Assembly (NCBI GenBank): GCA_028283245.1
Contig: JAPYNU010000046.1
Coordinates: forward strand, 2,033 to 66,032
DNA from: Candidatus Aldehydirespirator catecholifindens
Lineage (GTDB): Bacteria > Actinomycetota > Acidimicrobiia > Acidimicrobiales > Aldehydirespiratoraceae
Direction of reading: 5' to 3'
DNA: 64,000 bases
Under the pieces are notes generated by a model that saw nothing but the letters and a program-made list of their open reading frames with translations, was not told the origin of the DNA and ran no database searches. How positions within the stretch are numbered: the first letter of the stretch is position 1; each line of letters begins with the position of its first letter. This document shows positions 19,301 to 26,605 of the stretch, piece by piece. The position numbers and the translations under genes are program-made.

Positions 19301-20221
19301 ACCGCTGCTGAAGCACAAAGCTATGCAGACAAAGGCTGGGCCCGCTGGGATCCGGTCGTCACCGCGCTCACCGCACTAGAAGCAAACCAACAACAATCAC
19401 AGCAGCAGCCGTCTAGCGACCCGGCACCACCCGCAGATCCTGACCCCACACCCGTTGATCCTGTCCCTGTGCCTGCGGATCCTGATCCTGTGCCTGCGGA
19501 TCCTGTGCCGGTGGTGACTCCTGTGGTTAGTGTCACTGCTGGTAATGCTGTCACCGAGGGTGGTGCTGCGTCGTTCACGTTGACGGCTAACCCTGCACCG
19601 GTGTCACCTGTTGATGTGACCGTGAACGTCACCGCTACCGGTGATTACGGTGTCACCACCGGCAACCGCACAGTAACTATCGCAACCTCAGGCACCGCCA
19701 CGCTCACAGTTTCCACCAGCGGCGACAGCATTGATGAAGCCAACGGCTCAGTAACCGTCACTGTCGTAGATGGTGCTGCGTATGATCTGGGCTCATCATC
19801 GTCAGCAACAGTAGCCATAAACGACAACGACGACCCACCGCCGCCACCACCACCGCTGCCAGCGTCTGAGTTGCCGGTGTTGTCGATAACCGACGGATCT
19901 TTCACTGAAGGCAACAGGAACGGCTATTACATATTCTTTGTGACATTAAGCGAACCCGCTGCTAAACCAGTGCAAGTTCGTTACCGTGTTGAAACCACCG
20001 GCACTGGTGCTGGTCACGCCACAGGTGACATTGATTATGTGTCTGTGGGTTCGTCGATCTATTTCCGGCCTGGTATCACCCGCAACATCGGATTAGTGAT
20101 CATCAACGACGACACCGACAAAGAACCCGACGAAACCCTGCGGATTGTGCTCACCAACCCACAAAACGCCCAAATCGGTAACAACGGCGAAGCCACCCTC
20201 ACCATCAAAGACAACGACTAA
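16382..20221 (+). CDS. Large secreted repeat protein (signal peptide, unknown N-terminal domains, ~105-aa tandem modules, Pro-rich linker, Calx-beta-like C-terminal domains)
   Basis: 1279 aa. Signal peptide LRLVVVLLVGVLLASVLGFVDSESAVA-Q. Calx-beta-like segments end in ATVAINDND and ATLTIKDND. PADPDPTPVDPVPVPADP and PPPPPP linkers are present. The start is TTG 16382 or GTG 16388. Confidence 0.85.
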   Translation: MAVSFVRRGWGSALRLVVVLLVGVLLASVLGFVDSESAVAQSPPPQGSVDGPVVAAERPFNTGIETVFKVPRNWSLNPAGIQVGDDFRLLFKTSTRRNGLSNNVDVFNAYVQAAAARGHGAIREHSSYFRSIVGVWGDSTDPVSNAELRRGTDIEAPIFWLNGPRVSQDYSTTDGVGFNANRWENWGLPDRRNEFGAQADNDYPWTGSISVGLGIQEGSSWSLRNDPNGSAFTGGYDGDDTGSPMSIQGETRNLTEEHSFYAISPVYQVTSTVVTPELPSPLVEMGSAESPVVRIFYSGADSIVEGGLAYFTVFAHPAPARPIRVNLGLLHDLDFGARLRNGSSVLLSSSRSAAQVVVTTVDDNADMDLSLRGRDLWNKALVDAGAGSFTLVLLEGQRYRLAHSDEAPSAKRVRVTDNDNGAPEVVARRARCLQLTDNLSDAPAVLSTRDCVWPPPGYSDAYRFVEFVASSSGFTLGEGESREVVLTFSRRTLLTQPNDRIRWLPDAGAASFVNMVVLGNGVLNDHNQVRVRVSARQVDDPLPNSVVEATRPWGYNRRYLWNGQVRVWRPHVENVTVSGVFALRQPRFTPNTRAIVNGREIDDSYLDTPKRVFRVTVLNDDFNADADFYSMNADAKALILDIRKNFVWSGDRANITRWRRVLVLLNAALHGSNEPNWLPMTLAEARSYAARGAGWERWHRVVNVLEVLGFPEGVNNKSFVPQSLIADVRSYAAETSKGAAHVTLWKRVLLALGEQVWGGFTESPITLTEAQGYANQFSSVRWDPVVTALTMLQTAQAQPQSENTEVVPRSENTDDTQQESSYTVPAQLIADVRGYAAETGNGEAHVHRWKRVMLAFGESVPGFTGSPMTAAEAQSYADKGWTRWNPIVTVLTALQTPQTTQSQPQSENTEVVPQSENTDDTQQVSSYTVPAQLIAAVQSYAAETIEGTAHVTRWRRVLLAFGETVSGFTGTPMTAAEAQSYADKGWARWDPVVTALTALEANQQQSQQQPSSDPAPPADPDPTPVDPVPVPADPDPVPADPVPVVTPVVSVTAGNAVTEGGAASFTLTANPAPVSPVDVTVNVTATGDYGVTTGNRTVTIATSGTATLTVSTSGDSIDEANGSVTVTVVDGAAYDLGSSSSATVAINDNDDPPPPPPPLPASELPVLSITDGSFTEGNRNGYYIFFVTLSEPAAKPVQVRYRVETTGTGAGHATGDIDYVSVGSSIYFRPGITRNIGLVIINDDTDKEPDETLRIVLTNPQNAQIGNNGEATLTIKDND
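18526..19390 (+). repeat. Three in-frame tandem copies of a 315-bp (105-aa) module inside the large secreted protein
   Basis: Copies start near 18526, 18841 and 19156. The aagctacacggtgcctgc anchor recurs exactly 315 bp apart. Shared peptide: LIADVRxYAAETxxGxAHVxRWKRVLLAFGE...MTAAEAQSYADKGWxRWxPVVTALTAL plus a QPQSENTEVVPxSENTDDTQQ linker. A weaker fourth copy lies at ~18290-18520. Confidence 0.85.
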
Positions 20222-20249
20222 CCCCGAGCCCGTAATACTGTCTCATCAA

Positions 20250-20291
20250 GCATCCCATTCGCAACTGAGCGAATGGATGCTCGGGTCTTTT
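20250..20291. terminator. Hairpin terminator between convergent genes
   Basis: gcatcccattcgc-aactga-gcgaatggatgc forms a 12-bp stem with one bulge. It is followed by tcgggtctttt and lies 29 nt after the stop of the large gene. Confidence 0.6.
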
Positions 20292-21577
20292 CAAGGGCCG
20301 AGCGCAGTTATAGGCACTACGTAGACCCCGTCGGGACGCTGGAAGGCGTAGCCGCTGGCTGTGATTACCATGAGAGCGACTGGGTCACTGGTTCTGTCTC
20401 GGTCAAGTTTTTGGTGCAGCTGCCACAACGCTTGTGCAGCCTTCTCGATAGCTGCTGCGCCTCCTAGCTTTATTTCCGCAGCGGCCCATGTGCCGTCATG
20501 GCGCTCAATGATCAAATCAACTTCTAGCCCATCACTGTCGCGGTAATGCGACAACGAGCAGCGGTTCGCTCGGCCGTAGATTTGCAGGTCGCGGATCACC
20601 ATTGACTCGAAGAGCCGCCCCGCGAAGGACAGCTCTCGCATCAGGTGATCAACACTCACCCCCAGTGCTGCAGCAGTTAGCGACGGGTCTGTGAGATGTA
20701 TCTTGGATGCTTGACGTACTTGCGCTCGCGAGGCGAGGTGTGGTCTCCAGGCAGGCACCTCTTCCACCACAAAAAGCCGTTTCAGCGCAGCCAGATAGTC
20801 GGCTACTGTGCGTCGCTCAAGAGGAGCTTCGCTGGGGGCAGCCGTGTCTGCCGCAAGCACAGTGTGTCTTACCTCAGTTGCGACATTACGAGCTAAGGAA
20901 ACAAGTAACCTGCTCACACGCACGGGGTCACGCTCGGTTGCGTCCACCCTAGACACATCGGTGCGGCTGATCTCATCCAGATAAGCGCGTGCCGTAATTT
21001 GGGCAGTGTCCGCGTCGGCTTGGCGTATCTGGGGCCAACCACCGCGACACGCCAGAGCGAGCACATCGTTGAGTGCAAGTCCAGAGTCTGGCGCTGAACA
21101 GGTATAGCCTTCAAAGAGAGAGGCCAAAGATACGGCTCCGTCGGATTCCCCGCTTTCGAACAAGCTCATGGGTCGCATTTGAACTCGGATGATCCGCCCT
21201 GCGCCAGAGTGTCGGGTGATGTTGTCGGGCGGGTCGGCGGAGCCTGTCAAGATGAAGCGGCCAGCAGCGTTGTCAGCGTCACAAACTCGGCGCATCGGGT
21301 TCCATACCTGTGGCGCGAGTTGCCACTCGTCAAGAAGTTGGGGAGGCTCACCGTCAAGAATTGATGCTGGATGCATTCCTGCGTCCAGTGCAGCGCCGAC
21401 GCTTTCGTCTAGGTAGACGGCGCTGCACGCAAACTTCCGTCCGGTCCATGTCTTGCCACAGGCACGGGGACCTTCGATCAACACCGCTGGCATGGCTTCA
21501 AGCGCTCGGTGCATCTCGTCGTCAACGATGCGAGGCAAGTATCCCTTAGGAGCAATCTGGTCAGAGATCATCATCAC
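20291..21577 (-). CDS. AAA_14 + DUF4143 family ATP-binding protein (ATPase with C-terminal PD-(D/E)xK-like module)
   Basis: Walker A GPRACGKTWTG, LLDEWQ Walker B region, FILTGSA, a DUF4143-like middle region, and a C-terminal EVDLIIE....AAEIKLG. Confidence 0.8.
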   Translation of the reverse strand: MMMISDQIAPKGYLPRIVDDEMHRALEAMPAVLIEGPRACGKTWTGRKFACSAVYLDESVGAALDAGMHPASILDGEPPQLLDEWQLAPQVWNPMRRVCDADNAAGRFILTGSADPPDNITRHSGAGRIIRVQMRPMSLFESGESDGAVSLASLFEGYTCSAPDSGLALNDVLALACRGGWPQIRQADADTAQITARAYLDEISRTDVSRVDATERDPVRVSRLLVSLARNVATEVRHTVLAADTAAPSEAPLERRTVADYLAALKRLFVVEEVPAWRPHLASRAQVRQASKIHLTDPSLTAAALGVSVDHLMRELSFAGRLFESMVIRDLQIYGRANRCSLSHYRDSDGLEVDLIIERHDGTWAAAEIKLGGAAAIEKAAQALWQLHQKLDRDRTSDPVALMVITASGYAFQRPDGVYVVPITALGP

Positions 21578-21701
21578 TGCTACTTTATCCTGGTGGTTTG
21601 GCTTCCAATAAAGTGGCGGTCACACCTCCCATAAAATGGCAGTCATATCTTCGCCATGGTCGGCTTCAGAACATCATCTCCGCCTCTTAGAGCGAGCCAA
21701 G

Positions 21702-22574
21702 TCATGGTGAGGATGCTTGAGGCACCACTATGTAGCCGTTTGAGTCTCCGAGCGTTTCCCAAGTGTCGTTGCTGATCCATGCAAGCCATGCGGCCATAGC
21801 GCAGGTGAGTCCGTCAAGTTGATCTTCTAGATGTTTGAGCGCGGCACCTTTGGCACATTCCACGGTTTCTGGTGAGAGTGCGTGACGGACTGCGGCGTTG
21901 TTGAGCACGTTGGGTGCTTCGCTTTGCACGAGTTGGCGTAGGTGATTTTGATACTGCTTCAAGATGTTGCGGCGATAGGCGACGCTACGGCCTTTCTTGG
22001 CTTTGTATGGGAGCCGTTGCGCCAGATTGAACAGGCGAACGTGAATCGTGTGCGGGTAGACCTCAAAAGCGACACGACAGTCGCCGGTATCTTGCCCTAG
22101 TTGCCCTAGTTGCCCGCGGCGCGCACAACCGTGAAGGTTCTGTCCGAAACAGTCGCCGGTATCTTGCTCTAGTTGCCCTGGTTGACCTGTTTGACCTGCT
22201 TGCCCGAGTTGATCTAGTGCGGCTGGGTCAAGCGTGAACCCGCGTTTTTGAAGAGCGACTCCGAGATCGATCCCGGCTGTGCGTCCTTGGCGCACCGCCT
22301 CGTGTGCGGAGTGAGCCGATGCTTTGTGGCGGGCGAACTGGCGGGAGATTTCCTGCTCTGCCCAGCGTTTTGGTGTGTAGAGCAAGGGCGCGTCAATGGC
22401 GACGATGACCCTTCCCGGTGTTGCGGCGATCTCGTCTGCGAGGTCTTGGGTGCTCCGCACGGCCGCTTCAAGTTTGCAGCAGTTGAGGTCTGTGGAAGTT
22501 TCGCCTTCAAGCTGGCATATACCGCTGTTGTTGCTGGTCGTCCAGGCCAGGTCGATACCTATGAAGGTTGACAC
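21702..22574 (-). CDS. DUF429-family protein (predicted RNase H-like nuclease fold)
   Basis: FIGIDLAW N-terminus, VIVAIDAPL, FEVYPH, and a C-terminal DGLTCAMAAWL. It contains an internally duplicated GQxGQxGQDTGDC insertion. Confidence 0.65.
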   Translation of the reverse strand: MSTFIGIDLAWTTSNNSGICQLEGETSTDLNCCKLEAAVRSTQDLADEIAATPGRVIVAIDAPLLYTPKRWAEQEISRQFARHKASAHSAHEAVRQGRTAGIDLGVALQKRGFTLDPAALDQLGQAGQTGQPGQLEQDTGDCFGQNLHGCARRGQLGQLGQDTGDCRVAFEVYPHTIHVRLFNLAQRLPYKAKKGRSVAYRRNILKQYQNHLRQLVQSEAPNVLNNAAVRHALSPETVECAKGAALKHLEDQLDGLTCAMAAWLAWISNDTWETLGDSNGYIVVPQASSP

Positions 22575-22678
22575 GAAGCTTTGTTAGCACACCAGCCCTT
22601 ATTCACGCAGGTTTGCGAATGAGAGGCCCAGCAAGCGTCACGACGTTGCAACTAGCTGGCTTCTGGTGTTGTGGTGTT

Positions 22679-22690
22679 GGGGGGGGGGGG
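22679..22690. repeat. G12 homopolymer (C12 on the tRNA strand) immediately 3' of tRNA-Thr
   Basis: Twelve consecutive G residues counted directly. The tract is flanked by ggtgtt-type motifs and sits in the upstream region of the DUF429 gene. Confidence 0.95.
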
Positions 22691-22697
22691 TGGTGTT

Positions 22698-22774
<77 letters not shown>

Positions 22775-23022
22775 CGGATACGCCGTGAGTGGGCGACGAA
22801 AGCCAATCAAAATGATGGCATCCAACCCACATGATAACTGCTTGATACAATCCAGCGCCCCAGCCCCCACAAAACCCAGCCTCACTAAGCCATTCCTGCA
22901 GCGTGCCGATTTTGCCCTTAAGTTGGTCGCAACGCTCCGAACACAGAAGCAAGATCGCAGAACTTGTCGTAAGGGTCTCCTATGCTCAGGCACTGTGAGG
23001 CCTCAGGGAAAATGAAGCGGCC

Positions 23023-24570
23023 ATGACTAAAACTGGTAGCGGGGTGGACGACCTTCTGACCCTTGCAGACGCACTCAACGCCGAACTGGAGTCAAGCAAC
23101 GGGAGGGGCGTGCGGTCAGCGCGAGGACAGTTCACGACCCCGTCATCAGCCGCCCGCACAATGGCTGAACTAGTGGACTTGAGACGCTCCCTAACGGTCG
23201 TGGATCCTGGTGCTGGAGCGGGAGCGTTGATGCTGGCCCTAGTGGCCTCTGCCATCAAGAACGGAGCGGTCGAGCACTTATCGGTGGACTTAGTGGAGAC
23301 TGATCCTGGGGCTTTGGCTCTGTTGGAGACAGCCACTCGGGAAGCGCATCTTGCAGCAGAGGCATACGGAGTGAAGCTCACGACTCGGATAGTTAACCAG
23401 AACTTCTGCGACGGATATGACGAATACGACAGATATGACGAATACGACAGATATGACGAATACGACGAATATGGGAGATGCGGGAGGAAGGGTGTCGGCT
23501 CGTTCGATGCTGTCATCGTCAATCCGCCTTACATGAAGTTGGGCTCAAGCGATCCTTGTCGGACCGTGATCGCAGAACGTCACGGAGTGGACTGCCCAAA
23601 TCTGTATGCAGCGTTCCTCACGACCGCGATGGAACTACTGCGCGCCGACGGACAGTTGGTTGCGATCACGCCGAGGTCTTTCGCTAACGGCTTGTATTTC
23701 TCGGATTTTCGCCGCTATCTAACGGACAAGGCTTCTTTTCGTCATGTGGTGCTCTTTGACCGCCGTGACCGAGTGTTTGAGTCTTCGTCGGTGCTTCAAG
23801 AGACCGTGATCTTTTCGATGCGAAAATCAGCACCCAAAGAGGGTGATTGCGTCAGAGTCGAGACTCGACTTGACCACATTTCGGAACCGCTCAAGGTGCA
23901 TGATGTGCCGCACCACAATGTTGTTCAGCTTGATGATCCTGCACGGTGCATTAACCTGCCGGGCAGCCCCGACATGTTGTGGGCCGCTGAACAGATAGCG
24001 GCATTGCCAGCTGACCTCAAGTCTCTGGGATTGACTGTCTCAACCGGCCCGGTCATTGATTTCCGGTGCCGGAACTACCTTGTGGCAGCACAGGCAGAAG
24101 GGTCGGTTCCGTTGATCTACCCGACAAATCTCAAACAAGCCCGTGTGAAGTGGCCTGTTGAGGCGCGTAAACCGCAGGGCTTTCTGGTTTTGTCTCAGAC
24201 CCATCGGTGGCTGTTCCCGAACGGGTTCTATGTGCTTGTGAAGCGTTTCACTGCTAAGGAGGAGAGGCGGCGTGTCGTGGCTTGCGTCTATGAGCCTGTT
24301 GACGGGTACGACCAGGTGGCTTTTGAGAATCATGTCAACGTCATTCACCGAGACCATGGGCCGCTACAAAAGTCCGAGGCGGAGAGTCTTACAGAATTTC
24401 TCAACAGTGACCTCGTTGACATTTACTTCCGCATGTTTAGTGGCAGCACTCAGGTAAATGCCACCGATCTTCGCCGACTACGGTTCCCGCAAGTGTGCAA
24501 ATCACATCGTCTTAGGCTGTTCGACGCTGAATCCGAGGACTTGCGTCTCCAGCATCACAGAACCAGCTAA
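23023..24570 (+). CDS. Gamma-class N6-adenine DNA methyltransferase (Eco57I/M.PstI-M.BsuBI-like)
   Basis: FTTP...VVDPGAGAGAL SAM motif and FDAVIVNPPYMK (NPPY motif IV). 515 aa, matching the size of M.PstI-type enzymes. A BsuBI/PstI-type endonuclease remnant follows. Confidence 0.8.
   Translation: MTKTGSGVDDLLTLADALNAELESSNGRGVRSARGQFTTPSSAARTMAELVDLRRSLTVVDPGAGAGALMLALVASAIKNGAVEHLSVDLVETDPGALALLETATREAHLAAEAYGVKLTTRIVNQNFCDGYDEYDRYDEYDRYDEYDEYGRCGRKGVGSFDAVIVNPPYMKLGSSDPCRTVIAERHGVDCPNLYAAFLTTAMELLRADGQLVAITPRSFANGLYFSDFRRYLTDKASFRHVVLFDRRDRVFESSSVLQETVIFSMRKSAPKEGDCVRVETRLDHISEPLKVHDVPHHNVVQLDDPARCINLPGSPDMLWAAEQIAALPADLKSLGLTVSTGPVIDFRCRNYLVAAQAEGSVPLIYPTNLKQARVKWPVEARKPQGFLVLSQTHRWLFPNGFYVLVKRFTAKEERRRVVACVYEPVDGYDQVAFENHVNVIHRDHGPLQKSEAESLTEFLNSDLVDIYFRMFSGSTQVNATDLRRLRFPQVCKSHRLRLFDAESEDLRLQHHRTS
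23414..23472 (+). repeat. 3.3 copies of an 18-bp in-frame tandem repeat inside the methyltransferase gene
   Basis: gatatgacgaatacgaca occurs three times plus a partial copy, encoding YDEYDRYDEYDRYDEYDEY just upstream of the NPPY motif. Confidence 0.9.
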
Positions 24571-24584
24571 AGCGACAAGTTGTC

Positions 24585-25531
24585 ATGGATAGTTCAGCCT
24601 CGGTAAGTGAATGTCAGTGGCTGCTTCGCAACCTGGGTTTCGATCGCGAGCGTTACAACGAGCGTTCAGCGCTGGTACTGCTGGCACTTCTCGGTCTCAA
24701 GCCCAATGATGCTTGGCTGAGTCCGAAGCCTTGACGCTGCGAACGGTCGAGATCATGGGATGGATTCGTGACCATTGGGACGTGGACTACAAGCCGAACA
24801 CTCGTGAGACGATCAGACGTCAGACACTTCATCAGTTTTTGCTGGCTCACTTGGTGATCGAGAACCCTGATGAGCCATCCCGGCCCATCAACTCGCCAAG
24901 ATGGTGTTATCAGGTGACAGCGGAAGCACTACATCTCATCCAATCTCACGGAACTGAAAGGTTTGCGCGCAATCTGCGACGGTATATGGCTGAGCGTCCG
25001 GGCCTTGAAGCGGCCTACAAGCAGCAGCGAGACTTACTGAAGATTCCCGTCAAGTTGCCATAAGGCACTGAGGTCAACCTGTCGCCGGGAGGACAAAACC
25101 CGCTCCTAAAGGCCATGGTTGAAGAGTTCTGTCCGAGATTCACTCCAGGAGGCTTGGTGCTCTACATTGGAGACGCAGGCGACAAGTTTCTTACCTTCGA
25201 TAAGGAGGCTTTGGAACTTTTGGGTGTCTCCGTTGATGATCACGGCAAAATGCCGGATCTCATCGTTCATATGGAAGACCGCAACTGGATCGTTCTGCTG
25301 GAAGCAGTCTCCACGCACGGACCAGTAGACAGCAAACGTCAGACCGAACTCAAGAAGATCTTCGGTAGCTGCATGTCAGGGCTCATCTTTGTGTCATGTT
25401 TTCCTGATCAAGCAACCATGAAGCGCTATATAACTGACATAGCTTGGGGAACTGATGCTTGGACTGCTGATCAACCGACACATCTTATCCACTTCAACGG
25501 AGAGAGGTTTCTAGGACCCGATAACAACTGA
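24585..25531 (+). pseudogene. BsuBI/PstI-family type II restriction endonuclease, disrupted by one frameshift and one in-frame TAA
   Basis: Piece 1 runs 24585-24734 (MDSSASVSECQWLLRNLGFDRERYNERSALVLLALLGLKPNDAW..). Piece 2 runs from ~24713 in another frame (..TVEIMGWIRDHWDVDYKPNTRETIRRQT..VKLP). A TAA at 25061-25063 is followed by the same frame (LSPGGQNPLLKAMVEEFCPRFTPGG..LLEAVSTHGPVDSKR..HFNGERFLGP). The total of ~315 codons matches full-length enzymes. Confidence 0.75.
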
Positions 25532-25651
25532 GATTCATAGTTCACCATCGTTGCTGCGCTGTTTGGCGTGAGTGGTGTGACGCAAGGAACGGTTACGGGC
25601 GGGTTGGGTTGGTTATAGGCGTGGTGTTGTTGGGGCTATCGTTAGTTGATA

Positions 25652-26404
25652 ATGAGTTTGCGAGTGGCGTTGGTGACGGGGGCTGGCTCTGGGGTGGGTC
25701 AGGCCGCCGCAATGGCGCTAGGGGCTGACGGATGGACGGTAGTGGCAGCCGGTCGCCGGTTGGATCGTCTGGCCGCCACGGTGGAACTCGTGACCGAAAC
25801 TGGAGGCTCGGCGGCGGCAATAGCAGCAGACGTGGCCGACTCAGAGTCGGTTGTAGCTCTCTTTGAACGCATCCAACACGACCACGGACGTCTTGATCTG
25901 CTGTTCAACAACGCCGGAACAAGATCACCGGCTGCAGCGGTTGATGAGATCAGCCTCGAAGACTGGCAGCGGGTGATTGATGTGAACGTGACCGGATCAT
26001 TCCTATGCGCTCAAGCTGCGGTCGCGATGATGAAAGCCCAGCAACCTTCTGGAGGCCGCATCATCAACAACGGCTCAATCTCGGCACAGGTTCCGAGGCT
26101 TTACACCACGCCCTACACGGTCACCAAACACGCCATCACAGGCCTCACCAAATCGTTGGCGCTAGAAGGGCGAGCCATCGGCATCACCTGCGGCCAGATC
26201 GACATCGGCAACGCTCGCACCGACATGACCGCCAAGGCGAGCAGCGGCATCCACCAGGCCGACGGAACGCTGGGCGTGGAACCCACCTTCGACGCAGCAC
26301 ATGCTGGACGTGCGGTGGCCTACATGGCTAGCTTGCCCGCCGATACCAACGTGCTGTCGATGACTGTCATGGCCAATGAGATGCCTTTCATCGGCCGCGG
26401 CTAA
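25652..26404 (+). CDS. Short-chain dehydrogenase/reductase (SDR) family oxidoreductase
   Basis: ALVTGAGSGVGQA cofactor motif, NNAG, and a YTVTKHA catalytic Y/K. Confidence 0.85.
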   Translation: MSLRVALVTGAGSGVGQAAAMALGADGWTVVAAGRRLDRLAATVELVTETGGSAAAIAADVADSESVVALFERIQHDHGRLDLLFNNAGTRSPAAAVDEISLEDWQRVIDVNVTGSFLCAQAAVAMMKAQQPSGGRIINNGSISAQVPRLYTTPYTVTKHAITGLTKSLALEGRAIGITCGQIDIGNARTDMTAKASSGIHQADGTLGVEPTFDAAHAGRAVAYMASLPADTNVLSMTVMANEMPFIGRG

Positions 26405-26605
26405 GGCGTATTACTCAACCTCACAACCAAGCCGCAAGACCAAGCCAACCAAGCCGCAAGGCCGAGCTGCCTCCGTCCACAAGACATTCAGCCAAACTGT
26501 CTCCTAGGTGCTAACTGTGCCTCTGCCATGCCAGCGACTGGAGCCGCCCACAAAAACACCCAGCCAAACTGTCTCCTGGGTATCTATGGCTCTAACGTCT
26601 GAACT

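Noticed and set aside
25061-25063. Stop-codon reassignment or programmed readthrough as an explanation for the in-frame TAA (25061) and TAG (63847)
   Set aside because: TAA and TAG terminate well-supported genes in the same window: TAA at 1291 for the ATPase and TAG at 3158 for the Fur-family gene. The PstI-like gene additionally has a frameshift, so gene decay is the simpler explanation.
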